Source of the DNA: a virus
Direction: 5' to 3' (one strand)
DNA length: 64,000 nt
Virus record (IMG/VR): IMGVR_UViG_3300045988_179014
Location: 192,001-256,000 of that record
Shown one piece after another: positions 30,322 to 39,439 of the stretch. Every line of letters begins with the position of its first letter. Position 1 is the stretch's first letter. The notes below the pieces were generated by a model. That model was not told the origin of the DNA, searched no databases, and saw nothing but the letters and a program-made list of their open reading frames with translations. The translations under genes and the position numbers were made by a program.

Positions 30322-31180
30322 TGATTTCAGCTAACTCTTCAGGGGTTTTGTCATCAGTGTTCAAATAGACATCGAAGAATTCGTAATTGTCCATGGCGGT
30401 TTCTGAATCATGATTACGGGCTTCTTGGGTTACTTCCACTCCATCACGAGCCATTATCCTTTTGGCCTGCACTTCTGGTGACACTTCCAGTCGTACTGCA
30501 TATGCCCCTGCGCCTAAAGCAGCATCAAGTTCGTTTGGGAACCGGTTGTCCGTTATCTGTACTGATTTGTTCTTTGCTAGTTGATGCAATGTGCTGGCCA
30601 ATGTTTTCTTCACCCAATAATTGTTATCTTGTGCTCGACGAACATCAGTCCCCCAATATTGCAAAACCAGCCGAACTGCTTGAGTTTTGATGTATGGGGT
30701 CAAATCCAAGTTTTTTCGCACTTCATCGTACAAATAACCAACTGATACTGTAGCCATCTCCTCTGTCACGCCCATTTGAGCCATGACGGCAGCAACAGCA
30801 TCTTTTTGAGATTCTGCCGCTCGTATAATAGAAAACACTTCACTTATTTCATCTTTGAGAGCTTTGGCATAAAACTCATGTACTCTGTTTTCTTTTGGTA
30901 CATGCAATTTGTCCCATACCAGTGGAGCAACGGTATCCTTTCCCGCCCCAATCTTTCCTGAAAACACCAATAGGACAGCACTACGTCGATGTAAATTATC
31001 CCATGCTGCTTGTGCTACATCTAATGGAACATCATAATCAGCAGCCAACTCAGCTGGGGTGCGTGGAGGAACTTTCACAATAACTCTCATACCATTCATT
31101 TTAACTATTACATTTTGAAAACATTCACCCATAAACCAAAAGATTATCGCAATAGTATTAGTTCTGTAGAAACAAGCCAA
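30278..31180 (-). CDS. P-loop deoxynucleoside monophosphate kinase (T4 gp1-like)
   Basis: VLLVFSGKIGAGKDT resembles T4 gp1 IFLSGVKRSGKDT. The true start is probably an internal Met (MNGMRV...). The 3' end overlaps the next gene by 44 nt. Confidence 0.45.
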   Translation of the reverse strand: MACFYRTNTIAIIFWFMGECFQNVIVKMNGMRVIVKVPPRTPAELAADYDVPLDVAQAAWDNLHRRSAVLLVFSGKIGAGKDTVAPLVWDKLHVPKENRVHEFYAKALKDEISEVFSIIRAAESQKDAVAAVMAQMGVTEEMATVSVGYLYDEVRKNLDLTPYIKTQAVRLVLQYWGTDVRRAQDNNYWVKKTLASTLHQLAKNKSVQITDNRFPNELDAALGAGAYAVRLEVSPEVQAKRIMARDGVEVTQEARNHDSETAMDNYEFFDVYLNTDDKTPEELAEIIANCLETKARERLP

Positions 31181-31477
31181 TAATTTCTATCATCGTATGA
31201 TAATCTGTAATAATCGTTTAGTTTTGGAGTTATATAATGTAGCCTTATATGGTATTATCATTCGAAACTTAGCAGAGACGAATATTTAATCACACACGGA
31301 GGCCGACATATACAATTCTACCGTTTCAGTTGCTTATTGAATATGGTGTTTCCAGATGCAATCAACACTTCTCCTAATCAGATGAGCAACCACCTTGGAC
31401 GTACCCCCCCAAACTTGGATATTACTCGATTGAAGCATAAACGTTGACCCATGGCTGCTGGATGGTAGCATGGATAC

Positions 31478-31831
31478 ATGATTGTTCTGATTGATGATGA
31501 GCGCAGCTTCCGTTCCCATGTTGCTGTGGATGATTTATTGGTGTTTCGTCATTCTGGTGAAGCATTGAATTGGCTTACACAGGCTCAGAACATTGAAGTT
31601 GACCAATTGTGGTTGGACCATGATTTGGGCAGTATGAATGAAACAACCGATAGCGTGATGCCAGTTGTGAAAGAACTGGTCAACATGGTGAGAAACCACA
31701 CTGCTCCGAAAATCCATCAGGTGGTGGTTCATACAGCCAACCCAATAGGAGCACAGAACATTGTTGGATATCTGTCTCCATATTTTCCTGTTGTACGTGT
31801 CAGAGCCAATGACTACCTCACAGTTACATGA
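31478..31831 (+). CDS. Stand-alone receiver(REC)-like domain protein
   Basis: MIVLIDDE ... LDHDLG ... SVMP resembles a CheY-like fold with degenerate acidic pocket residues; one of few plus-strand genes. Confidence 0.35.
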   Translation: MIVLIDDERSFRSHVAVDDLLVFRHSGEALNWLTQAQNIEVDQLWLDHDLGSMNETTDSVMPVVKELVNMVRNHTAPKIHQVVVHTANPIGAQNIVGYLSPYFPVVRVRANDYLTVT

Positions 31832-31965
31832 TTTCATGGATGGAAACCGTTTGAAGGGTTTGTTCTAATTCGCGTTTCAAATTAGTTGATGTACTTCTGA
31901 GCCAAGATGTCCACTTATGTAATTAGAAACAATCGCAAGTTGTTCAAGCGTTTCTATGGAGAAAA

Positions 31966-33111
31966 ATGATGTATCACACAACCCCGGAAGGTCGTACACT
32001 TCCTTGCAGAAATCCAGACAAATGCCCTTATGGAGCATATGCCACACAAGAAGCATCCCAGAAAGCGTATGAAGCGTCCATGGCTTCCAAAACCACTATG
32101 GGAATGTCGCGAACCAATAGCAAAGGTAGGACTCAAAAGGAACTCAACGAATGGGCCAAGAACTCTACAAATGTGGATGAGTTGCAACAAGTGGCCGAAC
32201 AAGGAAAAGAACGTGCACTGAGAAACTTGGCAGCAAATGAACATGCCACCAGCGAACAGTTGCTTTTAGGCCGTAATAGAACCAACAATCCAGAAACCAA
32301 GGAAAAGTTTGAACGGGCTGATAATTTCCCAGTTGAACACATGAGTGAGGAATTGTTGCAACATTTATTCCAACACAACTATGGCAACAAGTTGGAACAA
32401 CGTAATGGTTTGAATGATGCTGGTGTTGACCGTATCATGGCTATGGGGGCTCGTGCGCTTCCGATTGCTGCCAACAGATACAATAAAGTTTCAGCTGCCA
32501 AATTGCAAGAACTCACATCAGGTATGTCCAGTACTGACATTGGCTATGTTATGAGATGTAATCCACGTTATGTTCCCAAGAACATTGAGTCAATGAACAC
32601 AAATGAATTAATCGCCATTGGGAGAGAATCCAATGATGCAGAGACTCTTCACCGAATAGCAACAGTTTTAACAAATAAAACTGACCGTGAACTTGAAACG
32701 GCAGCTGAACAAATACTGATGAATCGAAACACATCAGATAAAACATTGAATATGCTGGTGCAACATCCAGGTATTCGTAACGAAAACAATTTTGTCAACA
32801 TTTTCGCTCATCCAAATGCTTCAAATGCCACCAAACAAATAGCTGCCAAGAGGGACCGTCGTGTTGCCAGTATAGTGAAAATAAAAGATTTGGTTGCGGA
32901 TAAACCCGAAACTATCAAACGTATTCAGGATACTACGCACTATGAATCTGATTACAGGAAATGTCGTTACCGCTTTGACCCTGATGTTTTGAAAGAAGCA
33001 GGATGGGATGACTATGATGTGGATACATATGTTCGTTACGAATTAAGAAACTATCTTTGGGGGCCACAATACAATTCAGCCACAGGAGAATATATCGGAT
33101 ATACGGATTAA
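31966..33111 (+). CDS. Protein with N-terminal HCCH-like module (MYHTTPEGRTLPCRNPDKCPYG...QKAYEASM); remainder unknown
   Basis: Shared N-terminal motif. Confidence 0.5.
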   Translation: MMYHTTPEGRTLPCRNPDKCPYGAYATQEASQKAYEASMASKTTMGMSRTNSKGRTQKELNEWAKNSTNVDELQQVAEQGKERALRNLAANEHATSEQLLLGRNRTNNPETKEKFERADNFPVEHMSEELLQHLFQHNYGNKLEQRNGLNDAGVDRIMAMGARALPIAANRYNKVSAAKLQELTSGMSSTDIGYVMRCNPRYVPKNIESMNTNELIAIGRESNDAETLHRIATVLTNKTDRELETAAEQILMNRNTSDKTLNMLVQHPGIRNENNFVNIFAHPNASNATKQIAAKRDRRVASIVKIKDLVADKPETIKRIQDTTHYESDYRKCRYRFDPDVLKEAGWDDYDVDTYVRYELRNYLWGPQYNSATGEYIGYTD

Positions 33112-33128
33112 AGTCGATTCATCAATAC

Positions 33129-33163
33129 AAGAAGGTCAGAGTGTTTTATATTCTGACCTTCTT
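33129..33163. terminator. Hairpin (aagaaggtcaga / tctgaccttctt) between convergent genes; probable bidirectional terminator
   Basis: 12 bp perfect inverted repeat right after the plus-strand stop at 33111 and before the minus-strand gene end at 33177. Confidence 0.45.
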
Positions 33164-33176
33164 TATATACGTAAAA

Positions 33177-33656
33177 CTATTTGTTTCTGACATTTTTCCA
33201 CGAATAATTTTCGATTCGAGCCTTTTCCAATAGTTCTACCAGTTGTTCGCGTTTCTGCTCACAATCAGCAATCTGCTGGTCCAATCGTTTAATTTGCCCC
33301 AAAACACCAAGCCTTTCTGTTTCCGCCAAGTATTTCTTGTGTTGACGAATACGGGAACGAATCATTGAAGCAAAACCACGGTCTGTCATCTGAATAATAT
33401 GTCGTTCCAATTTGATGTCTTGACGACCTTGAAAGCGGTCCTTCACTGTTATTACAATGTATTCATTTGTTAAATCTTTAATGGCAATGTTCTTAACGAC
33501 CCAAAACAAGTCACCTAGGTATTCCTCGTTCTTTTTATGGTAGGCGGAACACCCAAGGCTTTTCTCAACCACAGAGCGTCCCACTGCTTGTAAAGCTTGC
33601 AGTTTCAGAAAAACAAACTGACGAAACAATTTGGCATAGAACCGTTTACTGGTCAT
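33177..33656 (-). CDS. Hypothetical protein, paralog A of a tandem pair
   Basis: Collinear similarity with 33660-34241 (e.g. ...EYLGDLFWV... vs ...EFLGDLSWV...; FASMIRSRIRQHKKYL vs FASMVRSRIHQHKSHL). Confidence 0.45.
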   Translation of the reverse strand: MTSKRFYAKLFRQFVFLKLQALQAVGRSVVEKSLGCSAYHKKNEEYLGDLFWVVKNIAIKDLTNEYIVITVKDRFQGRQDIKLERHIIQMTDRGFASMIRSRIRQHKKYLAETERLGVLGQIKRLDQQIADCEQKREQLVELLEKARIENYSWKNVRNK

Positions 33657-33659
33657 TTC

Positions 33660-34241
33660 TTAGCTCCTTCTGTCAGGCTTTGGACTGCTTTCGCTCTTGA
33701 GTTTCTTGTGTGTACGTTGATTGGTGTAGTTAACTAAATCATTCACAGTTTTCTTGTACTGTTCCTGCAATGTTGTCAACTGGTCACGCTTTTTGAAACA
33801 ATCATGAATTATTCGCTCCAACTCTCGTATCTCAGTTCGTGCTTCAATCAACTGTTGTCTGGCAAGATGACTTTTATGTTGATGGATACGAGAACGAACC
33901 ATTGAAGCAAAATCACGGTCGCTTTTATGTATGATGTTGCGTTCTAAGCTGATTTCTTCATAATGTTGGTTATTGCTACAAACCACTGCAATATGTTCTG
34001 GCGTTAGTTCTAAAATGTCAATTTTGCCAAGAACCCATGAAAGGTCACCCAAAAACTCTCCATTGACTGTAGTCCAATGCTGTCCCAACGATTTTTGAAC
34101 CACCAATCTGCCTACCATTTGCAAATTTCGTAACTTGGTAAGAACGAAAGAGTTGATTTCTTCCTTCAAGTTGCCCCATTGGTTCTGCAACTGGTCTTGT
34201 CGAGTTAAAAGTTGCATATACTGTGATTTATTACTCATCAA
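33660..34241 (-). CDS. Hypothetical protein, paralog B of a tandem pair
   Basis: See paralog A. Confidence 0.45.
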   Translation of the reverse strand: MMSNKSQYMQLLTRQDQLQNQWGNLKEEINSFVLTKLRNLQMVGRLVVQKSLGQHWTTVNGEFLGDLSWVLGKIDILELTPEHIAVVCSNNQHYEEISLERNIIHKSDRDFASMVRSRIHQHKSHLARQQLIEARTEIRELERIIHDCFKKRDQLTTLQEQYKKTVNDLVNYTNQRTHKKLKSESSPKPDRRS

Positions 34242-34576
34242 TATTTCCCATCATAAAGACATCAATAATAATCCAGTTGTTGATTGGTTCATTATAGGCA
34301 TCAAATGTTAACCAAGTTTGGGTTATGTGTCCTGTTTTAATGAGTCCCGTAGCACCACATGGTATAGGGGGACAGCAATTCAGCAACATGGCTATTTTGG
34401 TGTTAATATAGAAAAATTCAGGTTGCTGGGATGCAAAATCAATTATTGCATGAGCGACCTGATGCGTATGGGGCGAGGTTGTGTACGAAGTAACCTACAG
34501 CACAATGTTTCCTTTCATCTAATTAAAGTCAATGATAACTTTATCACTGACGTCTTCTAGTGATAACTTTATCATG

Positions 34577-34649
34577 GGTGCTTCTGGCGGGAATCGAACC
34601 CACTTACGCGGTTTTAGGGACCACTGCTTGACCATTAAGCTTCAGAAGC
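34577..34649 (-). tRNA. tRNA with anticodon CUA (amber-suppressor-like), 71 nt + CC, atypical C33
   Basis: Minus-strand cloverleaf folded by hand: acceptor GCUUCUG/CAGAAGC, D arm GCUU-AAUGGUC-AAGC, anticodon arm GUGGU-CCCUAAA-ACCGC, 4-nt variable loop, T arm GUGGG-UUCGAUU-CCCGC, discriminator A. The loop reads C-C-[CUA]-A-A. Confidence 0.6.
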
Positions 34650-34702
34650 CTCCGTGAGAAGTCAAATCAAAACTCCTCACTATTCACTAGAATACCACAA
34701 TT

Positions 34703-35482
34703 TCAACTGTTTGTAAAATCAGTTTCGGCTGTCAAAGCGGTTTTTGCCAGTCCTGGACGACGTAGTGGAGGATAGATTTCTGATGCGTCCCCTGCCCGAT
34801 ATAAGTCTGATGAACGTCCACCAACAATACTTGACGTGCGTTTTGTCCCCACCTCATACAGTAATCCTGGTACTGATTGAAGTTTACGACGAAAATTGCT
34901 TGGAATGATGGAAACTCCCCACACTATTTCATAGACTCGACGTAATTCTGACATGGTGAATGTTTCATCTTCCAAAAAATGATGAGCAATGGGGCTGTAC
35001 TTAATTTTGGCTCGAACCCGCTCCAGCCCATCATGAACAATGACATCATGGTCAAATGCCAACTCAAAATCATCACTGAGAACGTCTGCAACAGGGAAGA
35101 AATGAGCTTCTGCGGCATCATCTCCGGCTTTTGGCCGTTCTACTTGTGGAGCCAATGCCACATATGCTGTAGATACCACAAAACCTCGTGGGTCTCTACC
35201 AGGATTGCCGTAGGTTTTCAACTGTTCCAAGTAGCCATCTTCAATGGTTAAATTAGTTTCTTCCTTCAACTCGCGGGCAGCTGCATCATCCAACGATTCA
35301 TTGGTGTTAACAAAGCCCCCGGGAAGCGCCCATTTTCCTTTATTCGGATGGTCACCACGTTTTATCAACAAAATACATAGTTGCCCATTCCGGATTGTGA
35401 AAATTATCAAGTCAACTGTCACACCAACAGATGGATAGTCTGACATGTTATAACCAGCCAGAAAATCTTCTTCATCAATCAT
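34703..35482 (-). CDS. NrtR-like Nudix protein (Nudix ADP-ribose pyrophosphatase domain + C-terminal winged-helix)
   Basis: Nudix box GGFVNTNESLDDAAARELKEETNL (Gx5Ex7REUxEE). The C-terminal region, including NFRRK, resembles the NrtR DNA-binding domain. Confidence 0.55.
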   Translation of the reverse strand: MIDEEDFLAGYNMSDYPSVGVTVDLIIFTIRNGQLCILLIKRGDHPNKGKWALPGGFVNTNESLDDAAARELKEETNLTIEDGYLEQLKTYGNPGRDPRGFVVSTAYVALAPQVERPKAGDDAAEAHFFPVADVLSDDFELAFDHDVIVHDGLERVRAKIKYSPIAHHFLEDETFTMSELRRVYEIVWGVSIIPSNFRRKLQSVPGLLYEVGTKRTSSIVGGRSSDLYRAGDASEIYPPLRRPGLAKTALTAETDFTNS

Positions 35483-35551
35483 TGGTACTCCTTGTTCAAT
35501 AATGCCACTACTACTATTATATCGATAAGAATCAATATGATTATTAAGGTA

Positions 35552-35758
35552 CTACCATTGCTCTGATTGAGTGATTTTATGATTGAGTCGATGATGCCAT
35601 GTTATGTGAACAGTTCTATTGGCAACCAAAGAACCACATAGAACACAGATTGATAGCACAGGTGATTCTCCGGTTTTAGGATTCAATACTGGTAGCCTCA
35701 CAAATTCTGGAACTGGGAATGATTTGAGACCCCAAGGAGATTGGCTATCTTCATTCAT
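35552..35758 (-). CDS. Small hypothetical protein (68 aa, Cys/His-containing), translationally coupled to pncA
   Basis: 4-nt overlap with the upstream pncA ORF; CVLCGS...HITWHH could bind metal. Confidence 0.3.
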   Translation of the reverse strand: MNEDSQSPWGLKSFPVPEFVRLPVLNPKTGESPVLSICVLCGSLVANRTVHITWHHRLNHKITQSEQW

Positions 35759-36345
35759 AGTATCTCAACGCCTGCTTTAAGAAAATCGTTAGTCAACAAT
35801 TTACGAACCTGTTCATTGTTAATTCCTACACAGAATCTTGACAAAATAGTAGTATGTAACCCTTCACGTACTGCATCCAAAGCCGTTTCTCGGACACAAT
35901 AATCAGTTGCAATACCCACGATAGCCACATTGTTTACGCCGAGTTCACGAAGCGCAGCAGCCAATGTTGTTCCATCTTCGGTCATTCCTTCAAAACCTGA
36001 ATAAGCTGCTGCAAACATACCTTTATGTACAGCAATAGAAACTCCACGTCCTCGCTCAGCATCTTTTCGTAATGCATTTGCTAAAGTTGGTACAAGACCT
36101 GCTCCTTCAGTATCAGCTACACAATGAACCGGCCAAGAATCAACAAAATCAGGGTTACTGGAAAAATGCGAACCTGGTTCAATATGCCAATCCTGAGTAG
36201 TGACCAGATAGTCATATTCATTCAAAGTCCCGTCATTAATCGCATCAGCCAAATCATGTGCAAGTTGAGACCCACCAGTAACGGCTAATGCTCCACCCTC
36301 TACGAAATCGTTCTGCACGTCCACAATAATCAATGCTGTGTTCAT
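35755..36345 (-). CDS. pncA: Nicotinamidase / isochorismatase-family hydrolase (PncA-like)
   Basis: ALIIVDVQNDF, catalytic-type residues (D..K..C in ...VHCVADTEG...), ~196 aa. Confidence 0.65.
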   Translation of the reverse strand: MNTALIIVDVQNDFVEGGALAVTGGSQLAHDLADAINDGTLNEYDYLVTTQDWHIEPGSHFSSNPDFVDSWPVHCVADTEGAGLVPTLANALRKDAERGRGVSIAVHKGMFAAAYSGFEGMTEDGTTLAAALRELGVNNVAIVGIATDYCVRETALDAVREGLHTTILSRFCVGINNEQVRKLLTNDFLKAGVEIL

Positions 36346-36346
36346 A

Positions 36347-36895
36347 TCATATTCCTGATTTTCTGCTTGTCCAGTTTAAATGTTCTTTCGCCCAGTCCAA
36401 TATACGAATGATATGTTTCAACTCAAGTCCATTGTGACTATTTGGTTGAATAACCAATGATGGCGCCAAGGTATTACCACGTACATGGTCTTCCCAAAAC
36501 TGTGGCGCTTTGTCATCTATCCAAACAAAAGGTCGTGGATTGTGTTGTTGGTGGTCTATGATGTAGTCTGCTTTCCACCGTGTCCAAGCTTTATAACCTT
36601 TTGTTTGAACATCAAAATTGGCAGGACTGTGTTGTGACAAATCTGCAAGACCCATTATTTCCGCTACTTTGCAAATATTGGCACCATCATTCCAAGTTGT
36701 GTGCCAAATGGAATCAAAACATCCAGTTGACAAAAGCTGCGATATCAATTGGACCGATTCCGGATTCCAATTGATTTGCGTTTTATGTGACAAAATTTCG
36801 CTATTATGTGTAGCGATACGTGCCCTAGTCGTGTTTGACGATGGCGTAATATTGTACACACCGTTGAAATCTGAGTATATTACAAAATTCATCAC
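36347..36895 (-). CDS. Hypothetical protein inside the NAD-salvage operon (possible HAD-like phosphatase)
   Basis: VIYSDFNGV weakly resembles HAD motif I; FVWIDDKAP resembles motif IV. Tightly packed between pncA and pncB. Confidence 0.3.
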   Translation of the reverse strand: MMNFVIYSDFNGVYNITPSSNTTRARIATHNSEILSHKTQINWNPESVQLISQLLSTGCFDSIWHTTWNDGANICKVAEIMGLADLSQHSPANFDVQTKGYKAWTRWKADYIIDHQQHNPRPFVWIDDKAPQFWEDHVRGNTLAPSLVIQPNSHNGLELKHIIRILDWAKEHLNWTSRKSGI

Positions 36896-37211
36896 AGGTT
36901 CCTTAAATCAGTATCCATAATGTTTCCATTTTATCCCAGACCAGAGACAACAACAAAACCTGTGCATACTGTTCTTCAAGTTTCAAGTTTTCATGGTTCT
37001 AAGCGTCAAGGAAACATTTAGACACCTTGAAACCAGCATTACAACAATTTGTACAAACTGGAGTAAATCAGTCAACATCGTTTCCAATCACGACCACAAT
37101 GAATCACGCTACATTCGTTACTCGTTTCCAACATTGTCTCGACTGGAGAAATTAAATAATCTGTTGACAGCAATCATCTCTGAAATGTTTCATTGGTTGT
37201 TGTAATATGGG

Positions 37212-38507
37212 TTATTTTTCAACAACTTCAAACATGGGTTTTCCCGCAGAAGTCAACAATGCCTCTTTGGGCAGAGTACTCAGAGTGTACGCATGAAAAG
37301 CACGAGATTCCTCTATTGTTGGAATATGGTAGTTTCCTTCATTGACATACATTATTTGTACAGGATGAATTGAACCAGATGCGATATCGTCATGCTTCAA
37401 CGACCCAATTCGATAGTATTCACCAGTCATGATTCCATGGTCATAGGTGCGATAAGCTATTTTCAGCCCGCCAGTGGTTTTCTTCCCAGATGCATTTTTC
37501 GCTACTGGAACCATCTCTCCATTACTGTTTTCCCGTTCTACCAATTTGAACACCATTGAAGCAGTTGGATGACCTGAACCAGTTACCACACGAGTTCCGA
37601 CACCAATCCCATCAACTGGTGTTCCTTGGTCAACAAGTTCCGCAATAGTGTATTCATCAATGTCCGAGGAAAGAATAATTTTAGTGTTCACAGCTCCAAG
37701 TTCATCCAACAGGTTACGAGCTTTGACGGTTTCTTCATGCAAATCCCCAGAATCTATACGAATACCACCCAAACTAGGCCCAGCAACTTCTATTGCATTA
37801 CGAATACCTTGTTCAATGTTATATGTATCCACCAGTAATGTAGTTTCAACACCCAATGCATCAATTTGTGCTTGGAAAGCAGATTTTTCATCCTCAAAAT
37901 CTAATGTGAACGCATGGGCTGAAGTGCCAGTGGTAGGAATACCATAACACAATCCAGCTTCCAAATTTGATGTGGCACTGAAACCAGCAATATATGCAGC
38001 ACGAGCAGAATCAATAGCTGCCTTCTCATGAGTACGTCGTGAACCCATCTCAATCAGTGGCAGTCCTTGAGCGGCCACAACCATTCGTGAAGCAGCTGAC
38101 ATTACAGCAGAATCGTGGTTCAGGATGGACAATAGTATGGTTTCCAACAAAACAGCATCACCAAAGAACCCTTCAACTGTCAGAATTGGACTGTTGGGGA
38201 AATAGACGTCCCCTTCACGATATCCTCTGATACGTCCACTGAATGTATAATCACGAAGATAATCAATCGTATCAGAATGAATCATTGGGTCATTTTTCAA
38301 CAAATCAAGCTGTTCTTCTGTGAACCTGAAATCCTTCACTGCTTTAACCGCCCTGTTGACACCTCCCACAACCCCATAACGGCGACCTTTGGGAAGTGTA
38401 CGAGCAAACAAATCAAATGTGGCTTTATCAAATGCATGACCTGATTCCAAAGCCGCTTGCAGCATTGTGATTTCATACTTGTCTGTTTGAAAGGCTGTAC
38501 TTGCCAT
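37212..38507 (-). CDS. pncB: Nicotinate phosphoribosyltransferase (PncB)
   Basis: N-terminal DKYEITMLQAALESGH...ATFDLFAR and 431 aa length are typical of bacterial NAPRTase. Confidence 0.7.
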   Translation of the reverse strand: MASTAFQTDKYEITMLQAALESGHAFDKATFDLFARTLPKGRRYGVVGGVNRAVKAVKDFRFTEEQLDLLKNDPMIHSDTIDYLRDYTFSGRIRGYREGDVYFPNSPILTVEGFFGDAVLLETILLSILNHDSAVMSAASRMVVAAQGLPLIEMGSRRTHEKAAIDSARAAYIAGFSATSNLEAGLCYGIPTTGTSAHAFTLDFEDEKSAFQAQIDALGVETTLLVDTYNIEQGIRNAIEVAGPSLGGIRIDSGDLHEETVKARNLLDELGAVNTKIILSSDIDEYTIAELVDQGTPVDGIGVGTRVVTGSGHPTASMVFKLVERENSNGEMVPVAKNASGKKTTGGLKIAYRTYDHGIMTGEYYRIGSLKHDDIASGSIHPVQIMYVNEGNYHIPTIEESRAFHAYTLSTLPKEALLTSAGKPMFEVVEK

Positions 38508-38848
38508 CTTCGTCTCCTTGTTGTTTGTCCGGCGTTGGAGTTACCCGGTATTTTTATGACAATAATTGGTTGTCCCCGTATCCAGTGTACCATCAACTGA
38601 AAAACTACTCACCAATCAGGGTCAAGTCAATGTTTCGCAGCAAACGACGAATCTAACGTTACAAAACCAGTTTGATTACAAATAATCATATTCTGGCGGA
38701 ACAGTTAGCAATTTGAAACAATTAACATGTTGAAGTTATTCACAGATAACACTTTGACTAACGAAAACACCCGTCTGACAACACTTGATGAAGATGGCGA
38801 TGAATAAACCATGTTGATTTTTGACAAACCGGTGAATAGCCATTCTGT

Positions 38849-39352
38849 TTATTCAAGGTCTTCTGATTCCTGGGCGGAGTGTTTATCAAAATCTGGAACC
38901 TGCAATGATTTGTTAGCTTTGTCAATCATTGCTTCCAAAGATTTACGATACTTGGATTCAAACATGCGTAATTTTTCCACACGTTCCAACAATTCAGTTT
39001 CTTCCAGTTTCAAATCCTCTAATCTATCTTCTACTTCCTGCTCAGTGGTTTCGCGCCATTCTTTGATGTCATGATTTGCGGTCTCAATCATTTCGGCAGC
39101 TTTGGTTTCAGCCTCCAACACCAAATAGTCATGACGCTCCCGACCTTCGGAAACCAATCGGTCACGAGTTTCTTCGGCTTCTGTAATCAAAATTACGGCT
39201 TCTTCTTTGGCCTCATCAATCAATTGGTCATATATTTTCTGCACTGTATCCAACACCGTCACACTTTTATGGAAATCATTTTGGGTTGATTCTGTTGCAA
39301 TTTCAGACATAACCTGTTCAGAATTGGTTTCATTTTCTTCTTGGTTTGACAT
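38849..39352 (-). CDS. Acidic coiled-coil protein
   Basis: E/K/L-rich heptad-like sequence throughout. Confidence 0.35.
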   Translation of the reverse strand: MSNQEENETNSEQVMSEIATESTQNDFHKSVTVLDTVQKIYDQLIDEAKEEAVILITEAEETRDRLVSEGRERHDYLVLEAETKAAEMIETANHDIKEWRETTEQEVEDRLEDLKLEETELLERVEKLRMFESKYRKSLEAMIDKANKSLQVPDFDKHSAQESEDLE

Positions 39353-39439
39353 GGCGTTTCCTTTCAGAATGCAAACAGGTCATCATGCAACACAATTGTT
39401 GTGACCATACTGTGTGCGAATATCACTCACATCTCACAA

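Noticed and set aside
30278-31180. Using the full 300-aa ORF as the dNMP kinase
   Set aside because: The first ~27 residues (MACFYRTNTIAIIFWFMGECFQNVIVK) look non-native. An internal Met (MNGMRV...) closer to the P-loop is the more plausible start. The annotated span is kept but flagged.
34242-34702. Integrase/attachment site next to the tRNA (a typical integration hotspot)
   Set aside because: No tyrosine or serine recombinase ORF and no direct repeat of the tRNA 3' end are visible within the window. The tRNA appears to be a cargo gene inside an operon-dense region.
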